From contig JBBIJY010000010.1 of assembly GCA_037445735.1 (NCBI GenBank), forward strand, positions 3,664 through 67,663: a DNA stretch of 64,000 nucleotides, written 5' to 3'. The DNA comes from Armatimonadota bacterium. GTDB taxonomy: Bacteria; Armatimonadota; Fimbriimonadia; Fimbriimonadales; GBS-DC. Made by a program: the position numbers and the translations under genes. Of this stretch, positions 48,535-60,583 are shown piece after piece (within the stretch, counting starts at the first letter, position 1; the number at the start of each line of letters is the position of its first letter). Below the pieces are notes generated by a model. That model had not been told where the DNA came from. It was given only the letters and a program-made list of their open reading frames with translations, and did no database searches.

Positions 48535-49395
48535 TCAGCGGCTCTCCAGCAGGAGAGCGGTCTGGGCGAGCGCGTAGAAAGCAGCCATCTCGGTGCGCAG
48601 GACACGATCCCCCAGTGAGACGGGGATACAGGCATATTCGGAGATCATCGGTTCCCGCTCGTGGGGGGTGAAACCGCCCTCCGGACCGATGATGAGCGTA
48701 AGCGCCCTCACCCCCAGCCCCTCTCCCCCGCTGGGGGAGAGGGGGGAAGCACCCCCTTCTCCCGAAGCTTCGGGAGAAGGGGGCTGGGGGGATGAGGGCA
48801 CTAACAACTGGCTCAAAACCGCACTCAACAGCGGAACTCCCTCATGTTCGTCCAGCAGCAGGCGCGGATGCGGCAGGCGCTCCATCGCCGAGAACCAGTC
48901 GCCCACAATCTGGATGGCAGGGTAGCGCGCGCGACAGGCGACCTCCGCCTCTTCGCGGGCGATTGACTGCCAGCGTCGCTCCCGTGTTGCTCGCTTATCC
49001 GCATCGAGCGTCACCAGCGAGCGCTCGGCAGGTGCAAATAAAATCTGCACCGCTCCGCCTGCCGTGCAGAGGCGCACCACCTGCTCCGCCTTCTCCGCGC
49101 GCACCATCGCCTGCAAAATATACACTTCTATCGGCAGCTCGGTTGCCAGCTGCTCACGCTCCACGACGGTGAATCGCACTGGATGGGCTGCCGATTGCAA
49201 CCGCACATGGTACGCCCAGCCCGTGTTGTCCAGCAGGCAGATGATGTCGCCCTCGCGCAGACGCAGCACATGGCGCACCTGATGCGCAATATCAGGCGGC
49301 AACACGCCCGTCTCCAGCGTTTCAGGCGGCACAAAGAAGCGCGGTAGCCCCCGCGCGCTCAGCCCTTCGGGCGACGAAACACGGCGGCGACCCAT
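48535..49395 (-). CDS. rsmE: 16S rRNA (uracil1498-N3)-methyltransferase RsmE with in-frame palindromic-repeat insertion
   Basis: LPRFFVPPETL N-terminus and C-terminal SPOUT knot LIIGPEGGFTPHEREPMISEYACIPVSLGDRVLRTEMAAFYAL. The extra segment [31 protein letters not shown] is encoded by the repeats at 48706-48798. Confidence 0.8.
   Translation of the reverse strand: MGRRRVSSPEGLSARGLPRFFVPPETLETGVLPPDIAHQVRHVLRLREGDIICLLDNTGWAYHVRLQSAAHPVRFTVVEREQLATELPIEVYILQAMVRAEKAEQVVRLCTAGGAVQILFAPAERSLVTLDADKRATRERRWQSIAREEAEVACRARYPAIQIVGDWFSAMERLPHPRLLLDEHEGVPLLSAVLSQLLVPSSPQPPSPEASGEGGASPLSPSGGEGLGVRALTLIIGPEGGFTPHEREPMISEYACIPVSLGDRVLRTEMAAFYALAQTALLLESR
48706..48798. repeat. Two nested palindromic element copies inside rsmE
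   Basis: CCCTCACCCCCAGCCCCTCTCCCCCGCTGGGGGAGAGGGGGG and CCCCCTTCTCCCGAAGCTTCGGGAGAAGGGGGCTGGGGGGATGAGGG. Confidence 0.85.
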
Positions 49396-50261
49396 GAACG
49401 CCGTTTACGCACCTCCTCCAGCCTCAAGCCCGCCTTCTCGAGCGCCCGTCGCACCCTGCGTCCGTTGCGCCCGATAAAGCCCGACACGATATAAAGCCCG
49501 CCCTCCCGCAAATAGCGCGGCACGAGCGGCGCGGTCTGAATCAGGAATCCGCTCAGGATATTGCAGACAATCAGATCGAACGACCCGTGCAGCACGCTCC
49601 AGCCATCGCCTTCCAGCACCTGCACGCGATCCGCAACGCCGTTGCGCTCGAGATTGCCACGCGCCACCAGCACGGTTAGCGGGTCGTTATCGACGGCGAC
49701 CACTTCTCGCGCGCCGAGCTTCGCCGCCGCAATAGCCAGTATCCCCGTGCCCGTGCCGATGTCCGCCACGCGCGAACCCGCCTGAACATATCTGTCCAGC
49801 AGCTCCAGACAGAGCGCGGTGGTTGGATGATTGCCCGTGCCGAACGCTATGCCAGGGTCCAAAATAATGGTGATTTCGCCAGGTTGCGGTTGACGCTGGC
49901 TCCAGGAGGGCTGCACGCGCAGGTGTTGCCCGTAGCGCCGGCTGCGGAAGTAGCGTCGCCAGGCAGTCTGCCAGTCGCACGCCTGCACAGGCACAATCTG
50001 CACCGCAATCACGGGTGGCAACCCGAACTGCGGGAACTGATTGAACTGTTCCTGAATCGGCATCAGCTGCTCTACCTGCGATTCGGGCAGGTAGCCCACC
50101 ACGCGCGGGGGCGCCTCCGCGCGAATCAGCCCTGTGCAGCCGTGCTCCATCAGCACCGCTGCCACTGCCTCCCACAAATCGGGGGGTGCCAGCACCTCCA
50201 CGCCCAGCCACTGATCATCCTGCCTCGATTCCACAATCAGAGCCAATTCCAACCACCCCAA
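49359..50261 (-). CDS. prmA: Ribosomal protein L11 methyltransferase
   Basis: GIAFGTGNHPTTALCLELL and VADIGTGTGILAIAAAKLGAREVVAVDNDP motifs; its 3' end overlaps the rsmE start. Confidence 0.85.
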   Translation of the reverse strand: MGWLELALIVESRQDDQWLGVEVLAPPDLWEAVAAVLMEHGCTGLIRAEAPPRVVGYLPESQVEQLMPIQEQFNQFPQFGLPPVIAVQIVPVQACDWQTAWRRYFRSRRYGQHLRVQPSWSQRQPQPGEITIILDPGIAFGTGNHPTTALCLELLDRYVQAGSRVADIGTGTGILAIAAAKLGAREVVAVDNDPLTVLVARGNLERNGVADRVQVLEGDGWSVLHGSFDLIVCNILSGFLIQTAPLVPRYLREGGLYIVSGFIGRNGRRVRRALEKAGLRLEEVRKRRSWVAAVFRRPKG

Positions 50262-50301
50262 AAGTTCAATTCGTCCTTCAGGTACAATCTCCTGCAGACC
50301 G

Positions 50302-51846
50302 ATGGAGACCGCTTTCGAGCGCGAGCTGGAGGTGCTGGTTCGGGCACGCTACCCGCTGATTTACCTGCTCACAGCGGAGGAGCGCCGCGCTGAGGAGCTG
50401 GTGCGATTGGTGGCGAACCGCGTGCAGAAGCGCCTGCATGTATGGACGCTCACGCGCGGCTACGAGCCGCCCCTGCCAGCACCCGCAGAAGGGGAACGGC
50501 GGGAGCGCGTCTCGCCCGATATCGAAGCGTTGCTTTCGCTGTTCCGCCCCACCGAAAACGCCATCCTGCTGCTCAAAGATTTCCATCCCTATCTGAACGA
50601 TTCGCGTGTGATTCGGCTGCTGCGTGATCTGGTGCCACGACTGCACTCATCGGGGCGCACGCTGATCCTGCTGAGTCCCCTCCTGAAACTGCCCCCTGAG
50701 CTCGAAAAAGAGATCACGGTGCTGGAGATGCCGCTGCCCACGCGCGAGGAGATTGCCCACAAACTGCGCGAGATATTGCTCATGCTGCGCGATAAGCCGG
50801 GCGTCGCCACCGATGTGCCGCCCGATGAGTTCGAGGAGCTGGTGCAGGCGGCGCAGGGACTGACGATGGAGGAGATCGAAAATGTGTGTGCTCGCTCCAT
50901 TATCGAGCATCGCCAGCTCAGGGCAGAGGTGATTCTGACCGAAAAGCAGCAGATTGTGCGCAAGTCGGGCGTGCTGGAATATTACGCGGCGCAGGAGCGC
51001 ATGGAGGATGTCGGCGGGCTGAATGTGCTCAAGGAGTGGCTGCGCAAGCGGCGGGCGGCGTTCTCGGAGCAGGCACGCGCGTTCGGACTGCCCACGCCCA
51101 AAGGCGTGCTGCTGCTCGGCGTGCAGGGCTGTGGCAAGAGCCTTACTGCCAAAGCCATCGCCAACCTCTGGGGACTGCCCATGCTCCGCCTCGATGTTGG
51201 GCGTGTGTTCGGCAGCCTCGTGGGCGCCTCGGAAGCCAACATCCGGCTCGCCATCCGCACTGCCGAAGCCGTCGCGCCCTGCATCCTCTGGATCGACGAG
51301 CTGGAAAAGGGCTTTTCGGGCGTGCAGAGTTCCGGCATGTCGGACGCGGGCACCACCGCGCGCGTGTTCGCCACCTTCCTCACCTGGCTGCAGGAGAAGA
51401 AGGCGCCCGTGTTCGTGGTCGCCACCGCCAACGATGTCGCCCTGCTGCCGCCCGAACTGCTGCGCAAAGGGCGCTTTGATGAGATTTTCTTTCTGGATTT
51501 GCCCACGCCATCAGAGCGCGAGCAGATTTTCGCCATTCACCTGCGCAAGCGGAATCGCGACCCTGCCCGGTTCAATCTCAAGAAGCTGGCGAAGGCGACC
51601 GAGGGCTTTTCAGGCGCGGAAATCGAACAGGTGATTATCGGCGCGCTGTTCACCGCCTTCGATGCGGGGCGCGACCTCATGATGGATGATTTACTGAGCG
51701 AGATTCGCGCCACCATCCCGCTGTCGGTGATGATGCGCGAGGAGATTGACGAGCTGCGCACATGGGCGCAGCTCCGCGCCCGCCCCGCCAGCAACGGCGA
51801 GCGATCCCGTGCAAGAACTGCTTTGAGTTCAGAGGAGCGCCACTGA
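50302..51846 (+). CDS. AAA+ ATPase (single C-terminal AAA module) with about 250 aa N-terminal domain of unknown function
   Basis: Walker [19 protein letters not shown], Walker [10 protein letters not shown], second region of homology [30 protein letters not shown]. Confidence 0.75.
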   Translation: METAFERELEVLVRARYPLIYLLTAEERRAEELVRLVANRVQKRLHVWTLTRGYEPPLPAPAEGERRERVSPDIEALLSLFRPTENAILLLKDFHPYLNDSRVIRLLRDLVPRLHSSGRTLILLSPLLKLPPELEKEITVLEMPLPTREEIAHKLREILLMLRDKPGVATDVPPDEFEELVQAAQGLTMEEIENVCARSIIEHRQLRAEVILTEKQQIVRKSGVLEYYAAQERMEDVGGLNVLKEWLRKRRAAFSEQARAFGLPTPKGVLLLGVQGCGKSLTAKAIANLWGLPMLRLDVGRVFGSLVGASEANIRLAIRTAEAVAPCILWIDELEKGFSGVQSSGMSDAGTTARVFATFLTWLQEKKAPVFVVATANDVALLPPELLRKGRFDEIFFLDLPTPSEREQIFAIHLRKRNRDPARFNLKKLAKATEGFSGAEIEQVIIGALFTAFDAGRDLMMDDLLSEIRATIPLSVMMREEIDELRTWAQLRARPASNGERSRARTALSSEERH

Positions 51847-51867
51847 GCGGGTGAGTGTTCACACCCG

Positions 51868-54060
<2,193 letters not shown>

Positions 54061-54111
54061 CCGAAGTATACCCGCCGGGGAAGGTATACTTGCGATGGAG
54101 GGGTGAAAACG

Positions 54112-54666
54112 ATGGCAGTGCCGACATCTGCACCCAGACGCAGGGGGCGCTACACGGAGCAGGATTTGCTTCGCCTGCGCAACGACGGGCGCAAGTACGA
54201 GCTGGTCAACGGGAGGCTTGTGGAGGTGCCAACGGGCGGACAACACGGCGAGATCGTGGCGGCATTGATCGGACGATTGTATGCCAGCCGACAGCCTGAC
54301 ACGGTTCTTTACAGCGACAGCACAGGCTTCCGCATGCGCACGGGCAACATTCGAAGCCCCGATGCCGCAGTAATGCGGCGGGAACGGCTGCCCGAAGGGC
54401 GTTCGCCCGTCGATTTTGCCGATGGCGCTCCCGACCTGGCAGTGGAAGTTGTTGCGCCGAGCGAATCACAGGGCGAGCTGGCACAGAAAGTGATCGAGTA
54501 TTTCGATTCGGGGGCACGAGAGGTGTGGCTGCTGTTCCCCGACCGCCAGCAGGTCTACCGCTACACTGCCCCCCTGAGCGTGGTGATTCTGAACCGTGAC
54601 GACATGCTGACGGGTGGCGATATTCTGCCCGACTTCTCGGTCAAGGTGAGCGAGCTGTTTGAGTGA
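54112..54666 (+). CDS. Uma2 (DUF820) family PD-(D/E)XK putative endonuclease
   Basis: [29 protein letters not shown]...[12 protein letters not shown]...[15 protein letters not shown] matches the Uma2 pattern; only 51 nt from the divergent uvrA start. Confidence 0.7.
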   Translation: MAVPTSAPRRRGRYTEQDLLRLRNDGRKYELVNGRLVEVPTGGQHGEIVAALIGRLYASRQPDTVLYSDSTGFRMRTGNIRSPDAAVMRRERLPEGRSPVDFADGAPDLAVEVVAPSESQGELAQKVIEYFDSGAREVWLLFPDRQQVYRYTAPLSVVILNRDDMLTGGDILPDFSVKVSELFE

Positions 54667-54736
54667 AGGTTGCGCTGCACAAACCCGTGTGGCTCCTGGC
54701 AGGAGATGGTGCAGGGAGCACGAATCGCAACGGGGT

Positions 54737-55723
54737 ATGGAGGCGATTCGCTATTCGGCGCCGGGTCGGGCAGGCATTGTTGGCAATCCCAGCGATTTAT
54801 ATGGCGGCACTGTTATCTCCTGCGCCATCCCGCTGCGTGCTCGCTGCACGCTTCAGCCGGCTGACCATCTCAGCTTCCAGTCGCCTGCCCGTACGCTGAC
54901 ACCCGACACGCTGGAGCATCAGGGAGACGAGTTCGACCTGTGTCGCGTCGCGCTGCAGGCGCTGGGCTATCGCGTCGATACGGCGCGGTTCAGCCTGCGC
55001 ATCGAAAGCGACATCCCGGTGCAGTCGGGTCTGGCAGGCTCCTCCGCGCTGTTGACCGCGATTGTGGCGTGTCTGCTTCACTATCAGCGCGAGATGCCCA
55101 TCCCCCATCAGCTGGCGGAGCGCGTGCGCCAGATTGAGGCGCAATGCCTGCAGGTCGCCTGTGGCTATCAGGACTTCTATATGGCGGTGTTCGGGGGCGT
55201 CAACCTGATGGAGTTTCGCGACAAGGAGGGGCTGGGGCGTGACGCGAATGAGCCGCTGGCAACGGTGGAATCGCTCAGCAGCTATTTGCGCGGCGTCACG
55301 CTCCCGCTCTGGCTGGCGACCACAGGCGGGCAGCGCTTTTCGGGAGCCGTGCATCGCTCCTTGCGCGAACGCTGGGAATCGGGCGAGCGCGCCGTGATAG
55401 ACGGCATGGCGCGCGTCGGACGACTGGCACGCGAAGCCAAACGCGCCCTGCTGGAGCAGAAGTGGCAGACGCTGGGCGCGCTGATGAACGAGAACTACGC
55501 TATCATTCACGCGCTGGGTGGCAGCGGTGAATCGCTGCATCAGCTGGTGCAGGTCGCGCTGGAGAATGGGGCGCTGGGAGCGAAGCTGGCGGGCGCCGGC
55601 GGTGCCAGCGGCACTATCATTGTGCTGACCCTTCAGCCCCAGCGCACGCTCGCCGCCCTGCAGGAAGTTGCCGAACAGATTATCCCCGTCGCCCCGCAGG
55701 CGCCCGGCTTGATGGCGTGTTAG
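54737..55723 (+). CDS. GHMP-family sugar kinase
   Basis: GHMP motif DIPVQSGLAGSSALLTAIV and C-terminal glycine-rich LGAKLAGAGGASGTIIVL. Confidence 0.65.
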   Translation: MEAIRYSAPGRAGIVGNPSDLYGGTVISCAIPLRARCTLQPADHLSFQSPARTLTPDTLEHQGDEFDLCRVALQALGYRVDTARFSLRIESDIPVQSGLAGSSALLTAIVACLLHYQREMPIPHQLAERVRQIEAQCLQVACGYQDFYMAVFGGVNLMEFRDKEGLGRDANEPLATVESLSSYLRGVTLPLWLATTGGQRFSGAVHRSLRERWESGERAVIDGMARVGRLAREAKRALLEQKWQTLGALMNENYAIIHALGGSGESLHQLVQVALENGALGAKLAGAGGASGTIIVLTLQPQRTLAALQEVAEQIIPVAPQAPGLMAC

Positions 55724-55795
55724 CCATTTTACCCCTTGACAAGAGTGAAAATGCGGGTATAATCAGAGGCACACTCTACACAAGGAGGGTCTCTG

Positions 55796-56320
55796 ATGAT
55801 GTACAAGGGAATGCTGTGGCTTTCGGTTGTGGCGCTGGTGGGAACGCTAACGCTGGTGGCGCCAGCCTGTGCGCAAGAGACGAATCAGCAGGGCTATACG
55901 CTATCGGTCGGAGCGTTTTTCCCCTCCAAGAGCGCCGTGCGTGATGCAACGCAGGATGTGTGGTTCACCGTCGATCTCTCCTACACCTTCCAGACCAGCG
56001 AGCCGACCGAGTCGGGCTACTACTACGATCTGGGCGTGTTCGCGGGATTCTACGGCTCTGGGGATGTGCGTAACATCCCGGTGGGACTGAGCTTCACGGG
56101 CTACCTCAACGAACAGTTCTTCTACCGGGCAACCGCCGGCATCGGCTTTGCGCGTCGCGTGAACGGGGATGATACGACGGGCTTCGCCTGGTCAGTGGGC
56201 TTCGGCTACAACTTCAGTGCGGGCACCACACCGCTTGCTCTCTTCGTTGGCTACAACGGTCAGACAGGCGTGAATGATGAGCTGAACGGGATTGCCGTCA
56301 CGCTCCAGTTCCGCTTCTGA
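55796..56320 (+). CDS. Outer-membrane beta-barrel protein (OmpW/OmpA-barrel-like)
   Basis: Signal peptide ending PACAQE, alternating aromatic/hydrophobic beta-strand pattern, C-terminal TLQFRF with terminal Phe. Confidence 0.6.
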   Translation: MMYKGMLWLSVVALVGTLTLVAPACAQETNQQGYTLSVGAFFPSKSAVRDATQDVWFTVDLSYTFQTSEPTESGYYYDLGVFAGFYGSGDVRNIPVGLSFTGYLNEQFFYRATAGIGFARRVNGDDTTGFAWSVGFGYNFSAGTTPLALFVGYNGQTGVNDELNGIAVTLQFRF

Positions 56321-56348
56321 ACCCCAGTAGCCCCAACCCGCAAAAAAT

Positions 56349-56374
56349 CCCCCCACCGGCACCCCGGTGGGGGG
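56349..56374 (+). terminator. GC-rich hairpin (11-bp perfect stem, 4-nt loop) downstream of the OMP gene; candidate intrinsic terminator
   Basis: ccccccaccgg-cacc-ccggtgggggg, preceded by an A-tract and followed by a weak T-run (att). Confidence 0.4.
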
Positions 56375-56490
56375 ATTGACTGCATTCTGGAAGGAAGGTT
56401 ACTCTCCATCCGATATAGACTCGTGGAAACGCCAAAAGCGGACAGCAGCTGCAGAACCCCGTAAAAAGACGCGCGTCTAACCTTATCGGG

Positions 56491-57099
56491 ATGGCTCATC
56501 GAGCGCGTGCGTTCACGCTTGTCGAATTGCTCATTGTGCTGGCGATCGTGGCGATTGTGCTGGCTCTGCTGATGCCCGTTTACATGCTGTCGCGGCGAGG
56601 TGCACAGCGAGCCGTCTGCATTTCGAATCTGCGTCAGATTGGGCTGGCAGTACGCATGTATCGGGACGACTATCAGGAGTTGCCGCCCTATCTATCGGCG
56701 GTGCGTTCCTATCTCGGTGATACTCGCCTCTTTATTTGTCCGGTCGACCCGCTGCAGGGTCAGCACAGGGTGGAGTCGACGCTGGGCGACAATTTTCGGC
56801 TGGAGGGCAACCACTACCTGCCGAGTGGGGTGAGCTATACCTATGTGCCGAACTGGGCGATTGCCCGCATGCTGGGCTGGTGGCAGCCCGGTCCGCCGTA
56901 TGGCGAGGGCAAATGGGGCGAGCTGACCCCGCTCTCCGAATGCCACTGGCACTGGGCACGCCAGTTCAATCCCGTCTGGCAGCGGGATCGCATTACGAAT
57001 GCGCGCGGCTGGGTGCTCATCCTCACGCTCAACGGCGCCGTGCGCAAAATCCGCGCTGAAACCCCTCCGGAGGACTTTTCACCTGACGACTACCGCTGA
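56491..57099 (+). CDS. DUF1559 / H-X9-DG prepilin-type N-terminal cleavage-methylation domain protein
   Basis: RAFTLVELLIVLAIVAIVLALLMPV prepilin N-terminus and ...AVCISNLRQIGLAVRMY; H-x9-DG-like segment ECHWHW... Confidence 0.75.
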   Translation: MAHRARAFTLVELLIVLAIVAIVLALLMPVYMLSRRGAQRAVCISNLRQIGLAVRMYRDDYQELPPYLSAVRSYLGDTRLFICPVDPLQGQHRVESTLGDNFRLEGNHYLPSGVSYTYVPNWAIARMLGWWQPGPPYGEGKWGELTPLSECHWHWARQFNPVWQRDRITNARGWVLILTLNGAVRKIRAETPPEDFSPDDYR

Positions 57100-57181
57100 G
57101 CTGAGGGGCACTACTGCAGGCGGGATGCGGTACAATAATATGACAGCCCCGATCGCACGGGAGTGTAAGGAGGCGATGGTT

Positions 57182-58255
57182 ATGCGCGTTGGCATTTTGA
57201 CAGGTGGGGGCGACTGCCCCGGTCTGAATCCCGCGATACGGGGCGCAACGCTGCGCCTGATACGCGACGGTCATACACCCGTCGGCATCCAGCACGGCTG
57301 GCGCGGACTGGTGGAAGGCTGGACCGTTCCTCTCAGCGTCGAGCGCGTGGACGAGATCATCCGGGAGGGCGGCACCATTCTGGGCACCTCCCGCACGAAC
57401 CCGTTCAAGCAGGAGGGCGACCTCCAGCGCCTGCTGGAGAACTATCGCGCCCTTCAACTGGATGCCCTGATCGCCATCGGCGGGGAGGACACGCTGGGCG
57501 TCGCCAACCGCCTCTACCAGGAGCATCAGCTCCCGGTCGTCGGCGTGCCCAAAACGATGGATAACGATTTAAGTGGCACCGACTTCACCTTCGGGTTTGA
57601 TAGCGCGGTCTCGGTCGCGGTGGAGGCGATGGATCGCCTGCGCGACACCGCCAAATCGCACGCGCGCATCATTGTGCTGGAGGTGATGGGGCGCCATGCC
57701 GGCTGGGTCGCGCTCTATGCGGGCATCGGCGGCGGCGCCGACTGGATTCTGATCCCCGAAGTGCCCATCGACCTGCACGAGATGTGCGACTACCTGCGCC
57801 AGCTCTATGCCGCGGGCAAGCGCTATGCGCTGGTGGTCGTCTCCGAAGGGGTGGAGCTGCCGTTTGAGCATGATGGGCAGCCGATAGCCACCGACGACTT
57901 CGGGCATCCCGTGCTGCGCGAGCGCGCGGTCGGCGCCCGAATCGCCCAGAAAATCGAAGAGATAACGGGCTTCGAAACGCGCTATGCGGTCATCGGGCAT
58001 ATTCAGCGAGGCGGACCGCCAACGGTGTTCGACCGCGTGCTGGCGACGCGACTGGCGCTCAAAGCCGCCGAGCTGGTGCATGAGCGCCAGTTCGGGCTGA
58101 TGGCGGCATTGCGCGGCACCGAGATTGTGGCGATCCCGCTGGCGGAGGCGGTGCGCGCCCCGAAGTTAGTGCCGCGCGAATTCTACGAGCAGGCGCGACA
58201 GATCTTTCAGCGGATACAGTATCAGCCCGAACCACAGGGCAGCGGAACGCCGTAG
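57182..58255 (+). CDS. pfkA: 6-phosphofructokinase (PFK-A family; ATP- or PPi-dependent not resolved)
   Basis: RVGILTGGGDCPGLNPAIRG, IGGEDTLGVA, PKTMDNDL and MGRHAGWVAL motifs. AAGGAGG RBS upstream; start taken at the second ATG. Confidence 0.85.
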   Translation: MRVGILTGGGDCPGLNPAIRGATLRLIRDGHTPVGIQHGWRGLVEGWTVPLSVERVDEIIREGGTILGTSRTNPFKQEGDLQRLLENYRALQLDALIAIGGEDTLGVANRLYQEHQLPVVGVPKTMDNDLSGTDFTFGFDSAVSVAVEAMDRLRDTAKSHARIIVLEVMGRHAGWVALYAGIGGGADWILIPEVPIDLHEMCDYLRQLYAAGKRYALVVVSEGVELPFEHDGQPIATDDFGHPVLRERAVGARIAQKIEEITGFETRYAVIGHIQRGGPPTVFDRVLATRLALKAAELVHERQFGLMAALRGTEIVAIPLAEAVRAPKLVPREFYEQARQIFQRIQYQPEPQGSGTP

Positions 58256-58882
58256 GGGCACCCAGCTCTCCAGCGGGCGTGCCTGTAGCTCCGCCTCAAT
58301 TGCCCGAACGACCGCGGGGTGATAGCGCGTGCCGGCGCCGGCCTGCAACACGCTCAGCGCCGCCTCATAGCCCTCCCGCTGAGCCTGCTCCATCAGGTCC
58401 GACAGCGCCGACAGCAGGTGCGCGCTCAGCGGGGCATCAGGCTGCTGCGCATAACTCACATGATGAAGGCGCACCAGCGGCGCAACCCCACTCAAGCCCG
58501 GAATCTGCTCCACCATCGCCGCGCTGATCTCCGCATGCCGCATGAGCGTCAGCTGCTCCATCGGTGAGAGGGGCGTCGTTTTATTCAACAGCGCATAGGG
58601 CAAGCTCACCATGCTGATGTCGCGCAGGTAGACCGATAGCTCCAGCTGTTTGCGTTCCTGCGCGTCGAGTCCCAATCGCGCGCTGACCGCCCGCGCTAAC
58701 TGCGCCATGGTTTCGGTGTCCCCGTAGCGACCCTGGGTGCGCAGCTCAATCACCTTCGCGAACGCCCGCAGGGTCTGACAGCGCCAGCGATGGAGCTGGG
58801 CGGGTAGAAAAATAAAAGCATAATAGCCCAGCGCACCGATCGAAGCCAGCACCACTGCCAGACCCAGCCACAGGTTCTCCAT
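58166..58882 (-). CDS. Hypothetical membrane-anchored protein, co-oriented with the upstream HD-GYP gene (4-nt gap)
   Basis: N-terminal TM (LWLGLAVVLASIGALGYYAFIFL); no clear catalytic motifs; 3' end overlaps the convergent pfkA by about 90 nt, so the exact stop is uncertain. Confidence 0.4.
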   Translation of the reverse strand: MENLWLGLAVVLASIGALGYYAFIFLPAQLHRWRCQTLRAFAKVIELRTQGRYGDTETMAQLARAVSARLGLDAQERKQLELSVYLRDISMVSLPYALLNKTTPLSPMEQLTLMRHAEISAAMVEQIPGLSGVAPLVRLHHVSYAQQPDAPLSAHLLSALSDLMEQAQREGYEAALSVLQAGAGTRYHPAVVRAIEAELQARPLESWVPLRRSAALWFGLILYPLKDLSRLLVEFARH

Positions 58883-58885
58883 CGC

Positions 58886-60238
58886 TTACCTCCGTGCTCC
58901 CTCCTGATACGGCAACCATTCCTGCACCACCTGCTCGAACACCTGCACCACCTGCGGGTCGAACTGCGTGCCTGCGCCGCGTCGCAGCTCGTTCAGCGCT
59001 TCGGGAATGGTGAGCGAGCGCCGATACTGGCGCTGCTGGCTGGGCGCCTCGCCGCCGATCATCGCGTCGAAGGCGTCCACGACGGCGATAATCCGCGCCT
59101 CCAGCGGAATCTGGTCGCCTCGCAGACCGTGCGGGTAGCCTTTGCCATCGGGGCGCTCATGGTGATAGGCAATCCAGGGCACAATCGCGTTCAGGAACGG
59201 CACATCGGTGAGGATCTCCGCGCCCAGCTGCGGATGGCGTTGCACCTGCTCCCATTCGCGCGGGGTCAGTCGCCCCGGTTTGTTGAGGATTCGTTCATCC
59301 AGCACCGTTTTGCCGAGGTCGTGCAGGAGCGCGGCTTCGTAGATGAGTTCACAGCGTTCGGGGGGTAGCCCCAGCCGCTCGGCGACACGCCGACCCCACT
59401 GCGCCACCCGTTGCAGATGCCCCCCAGTGTACGGATGCGCCCGCTGAATCAAAAAGCCCAGACTGCGGATTGTCTGATGATACAGCTCATGCTGGCGTGT
59501 GGAGAGAATGAACGCCTGGCGCAGCGCCAGATAGGGCGCCAGCACGGTCAGTGAACCCGTAAATCCATAAAGATGGAGCATCGCCATCAACAACAGGCTC
59601 AGCGGGAACATCGGCAGCGTCTCCCGCGGCAAATCGAGCAGCGACTCGCGCAGCACCCACCCGAAGCGCACACCCTCCGCCAGCGCCACTGTGACCGACA
59701 CCAGCAGGTTATTGATCAGGCTATAAACGACCAGAATAGTGAACAGAGCCAGCACAGCAACGGCAGGCGAGGCAAAGAAAGTGTTCACAGACCCGCGGAA
59801 CCCATCCAGCAGGTGCTGGAACGCGATGGGACAGGCGCCGGCGGCAGCGGCGCACAGCACGCTCTGTGCCGTGTTGAGCCACACCCAGCGCAGGTGCGAC
59901 TGTTTGAGCCGCGCGGTGAGCAGTCCTGCGCCGAAGGTGACGCCCGCATCCAGCCACACGCCCATCGCCCAGCCATACAGCAAAATCACCGCCGCCACGA
60001 TGGGCGTGCTGACGCTCACCCAGATGCCGCGATCGGTATAGCCCTGGCGGAGCGGATAGCGGATCAGCAGCAGCTCGCCCAATAGTGCAACGATTGCCAG
60101 TCCCAGCAGCAGGGGCAGTTGTCCCGCCTGCTGAATGGGGCTACCCGCCACCATCAGAATCAGTATCGCCGTTGCCGACAGCAGTCCGCTCCAGAGCCAG
60201 TGCCGCCTCCGCAGCTGATTCCTGTGCGCGATTGCCAT
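58886..60238 (-). CDS. Multi-pass membrane HD-GYP domain protein (c-di-GMP phosphodiesterase family)
   Basis: Six or more TM helices followed by HLQRVAQWGRRVAERLGL...LLHDLGK...HHERPDGKGYPHGL. Confidence 0.8.
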   Translation of the reverse strand: MAIAHRNQLRRRHWLWSGLLSATAILILMVAGSPIQQAGQLPLLLGLAIVALLGELLLIRYPLRQGYTDRGIWVSVSTPIVAAVILLYGWAMGVWLDAGVTFGAGLLTARLKQSHLRWVWLNTAQSVLCAAAAGACPIAFQHLLDGFRGSVNTFFASPAVAVLALFTILVVYSLINNLLVSVTVALAEGVRFGWVLRESLLDLPRETLPMFPLSLLLMAMLHLYGFTGSLTVLAPYLALRQAFILSTRQHELYHQTIRSLGFLIQRAHPYTGGHLQRVAQWGRRVAERLGLPPERCELIYEAALLHDLGKTVLDERILNKPGRLTPREWEQVQRHPQLGAEILTDVPFLNAIVPWIAYHHERPDGKGYPHGLRGDQIPLEARIIAVVDAFDAMIGGEAPSQQRQYRRSLTIPEALNELRRGAGTQFDPQVVQVFEQVVQEWLPYQEGARR

Positions 60239-60341
60239 TGTTCGTTTCCGATGCGGCTATAGGCGGCAGCCAGTGCCGCTGGGAACGAGGTTCACTTTCA
60301 GGCAGGGCAAGCGCGTCGCGCTATCCTTTCCAGTGCGCCCT

Positions 60342-60578
60342 TTAAGGGGTGGGCAACACCACAGTATTGGGTTGCGCCTCCAGCGGGTCATCCCAGCGGT
60401 GCGGATAGTACACCTTCTTCGCGCTGGCAACCGCCATCAGCGCAACGAGCGCAGCCATCAGAACGAGCCACCGTCGCATCAGCTGTTCCCTCCTGTCGAG
60501 AATATGCGTCGCTCGGTTCCGCTCCGCTTCTGCGCTCGCCCTGCCCGATAGGGCGCATCTGCGGGATATGCGCCCCAA
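60342..60578 (-). CDS. Small hypothetical secreted/membrane protein
   Basis: Hydrophobic stretch LVLMAALVALMAVASA; short; no homology recognised. Confidence 0.25.
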   Translation of the reverse strand: MGRISRRCALSGRASAEAERNRATHILDRREQLMRRWLVLMAALVALMAVASAKKVYYPHRWDDPLEAQPNTVVLPTP

Positions 60579-60583
60579 AACAG

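Noticed and set aside
54206-54517. Minus-strand 103-aa ORF upstream of the truncated uvrA, considered as possible missing UvrA N-terminus
   Set aside because: The sequence has no Walker A or any UvrA similarity. It lies antisense within the Uma2 gene.
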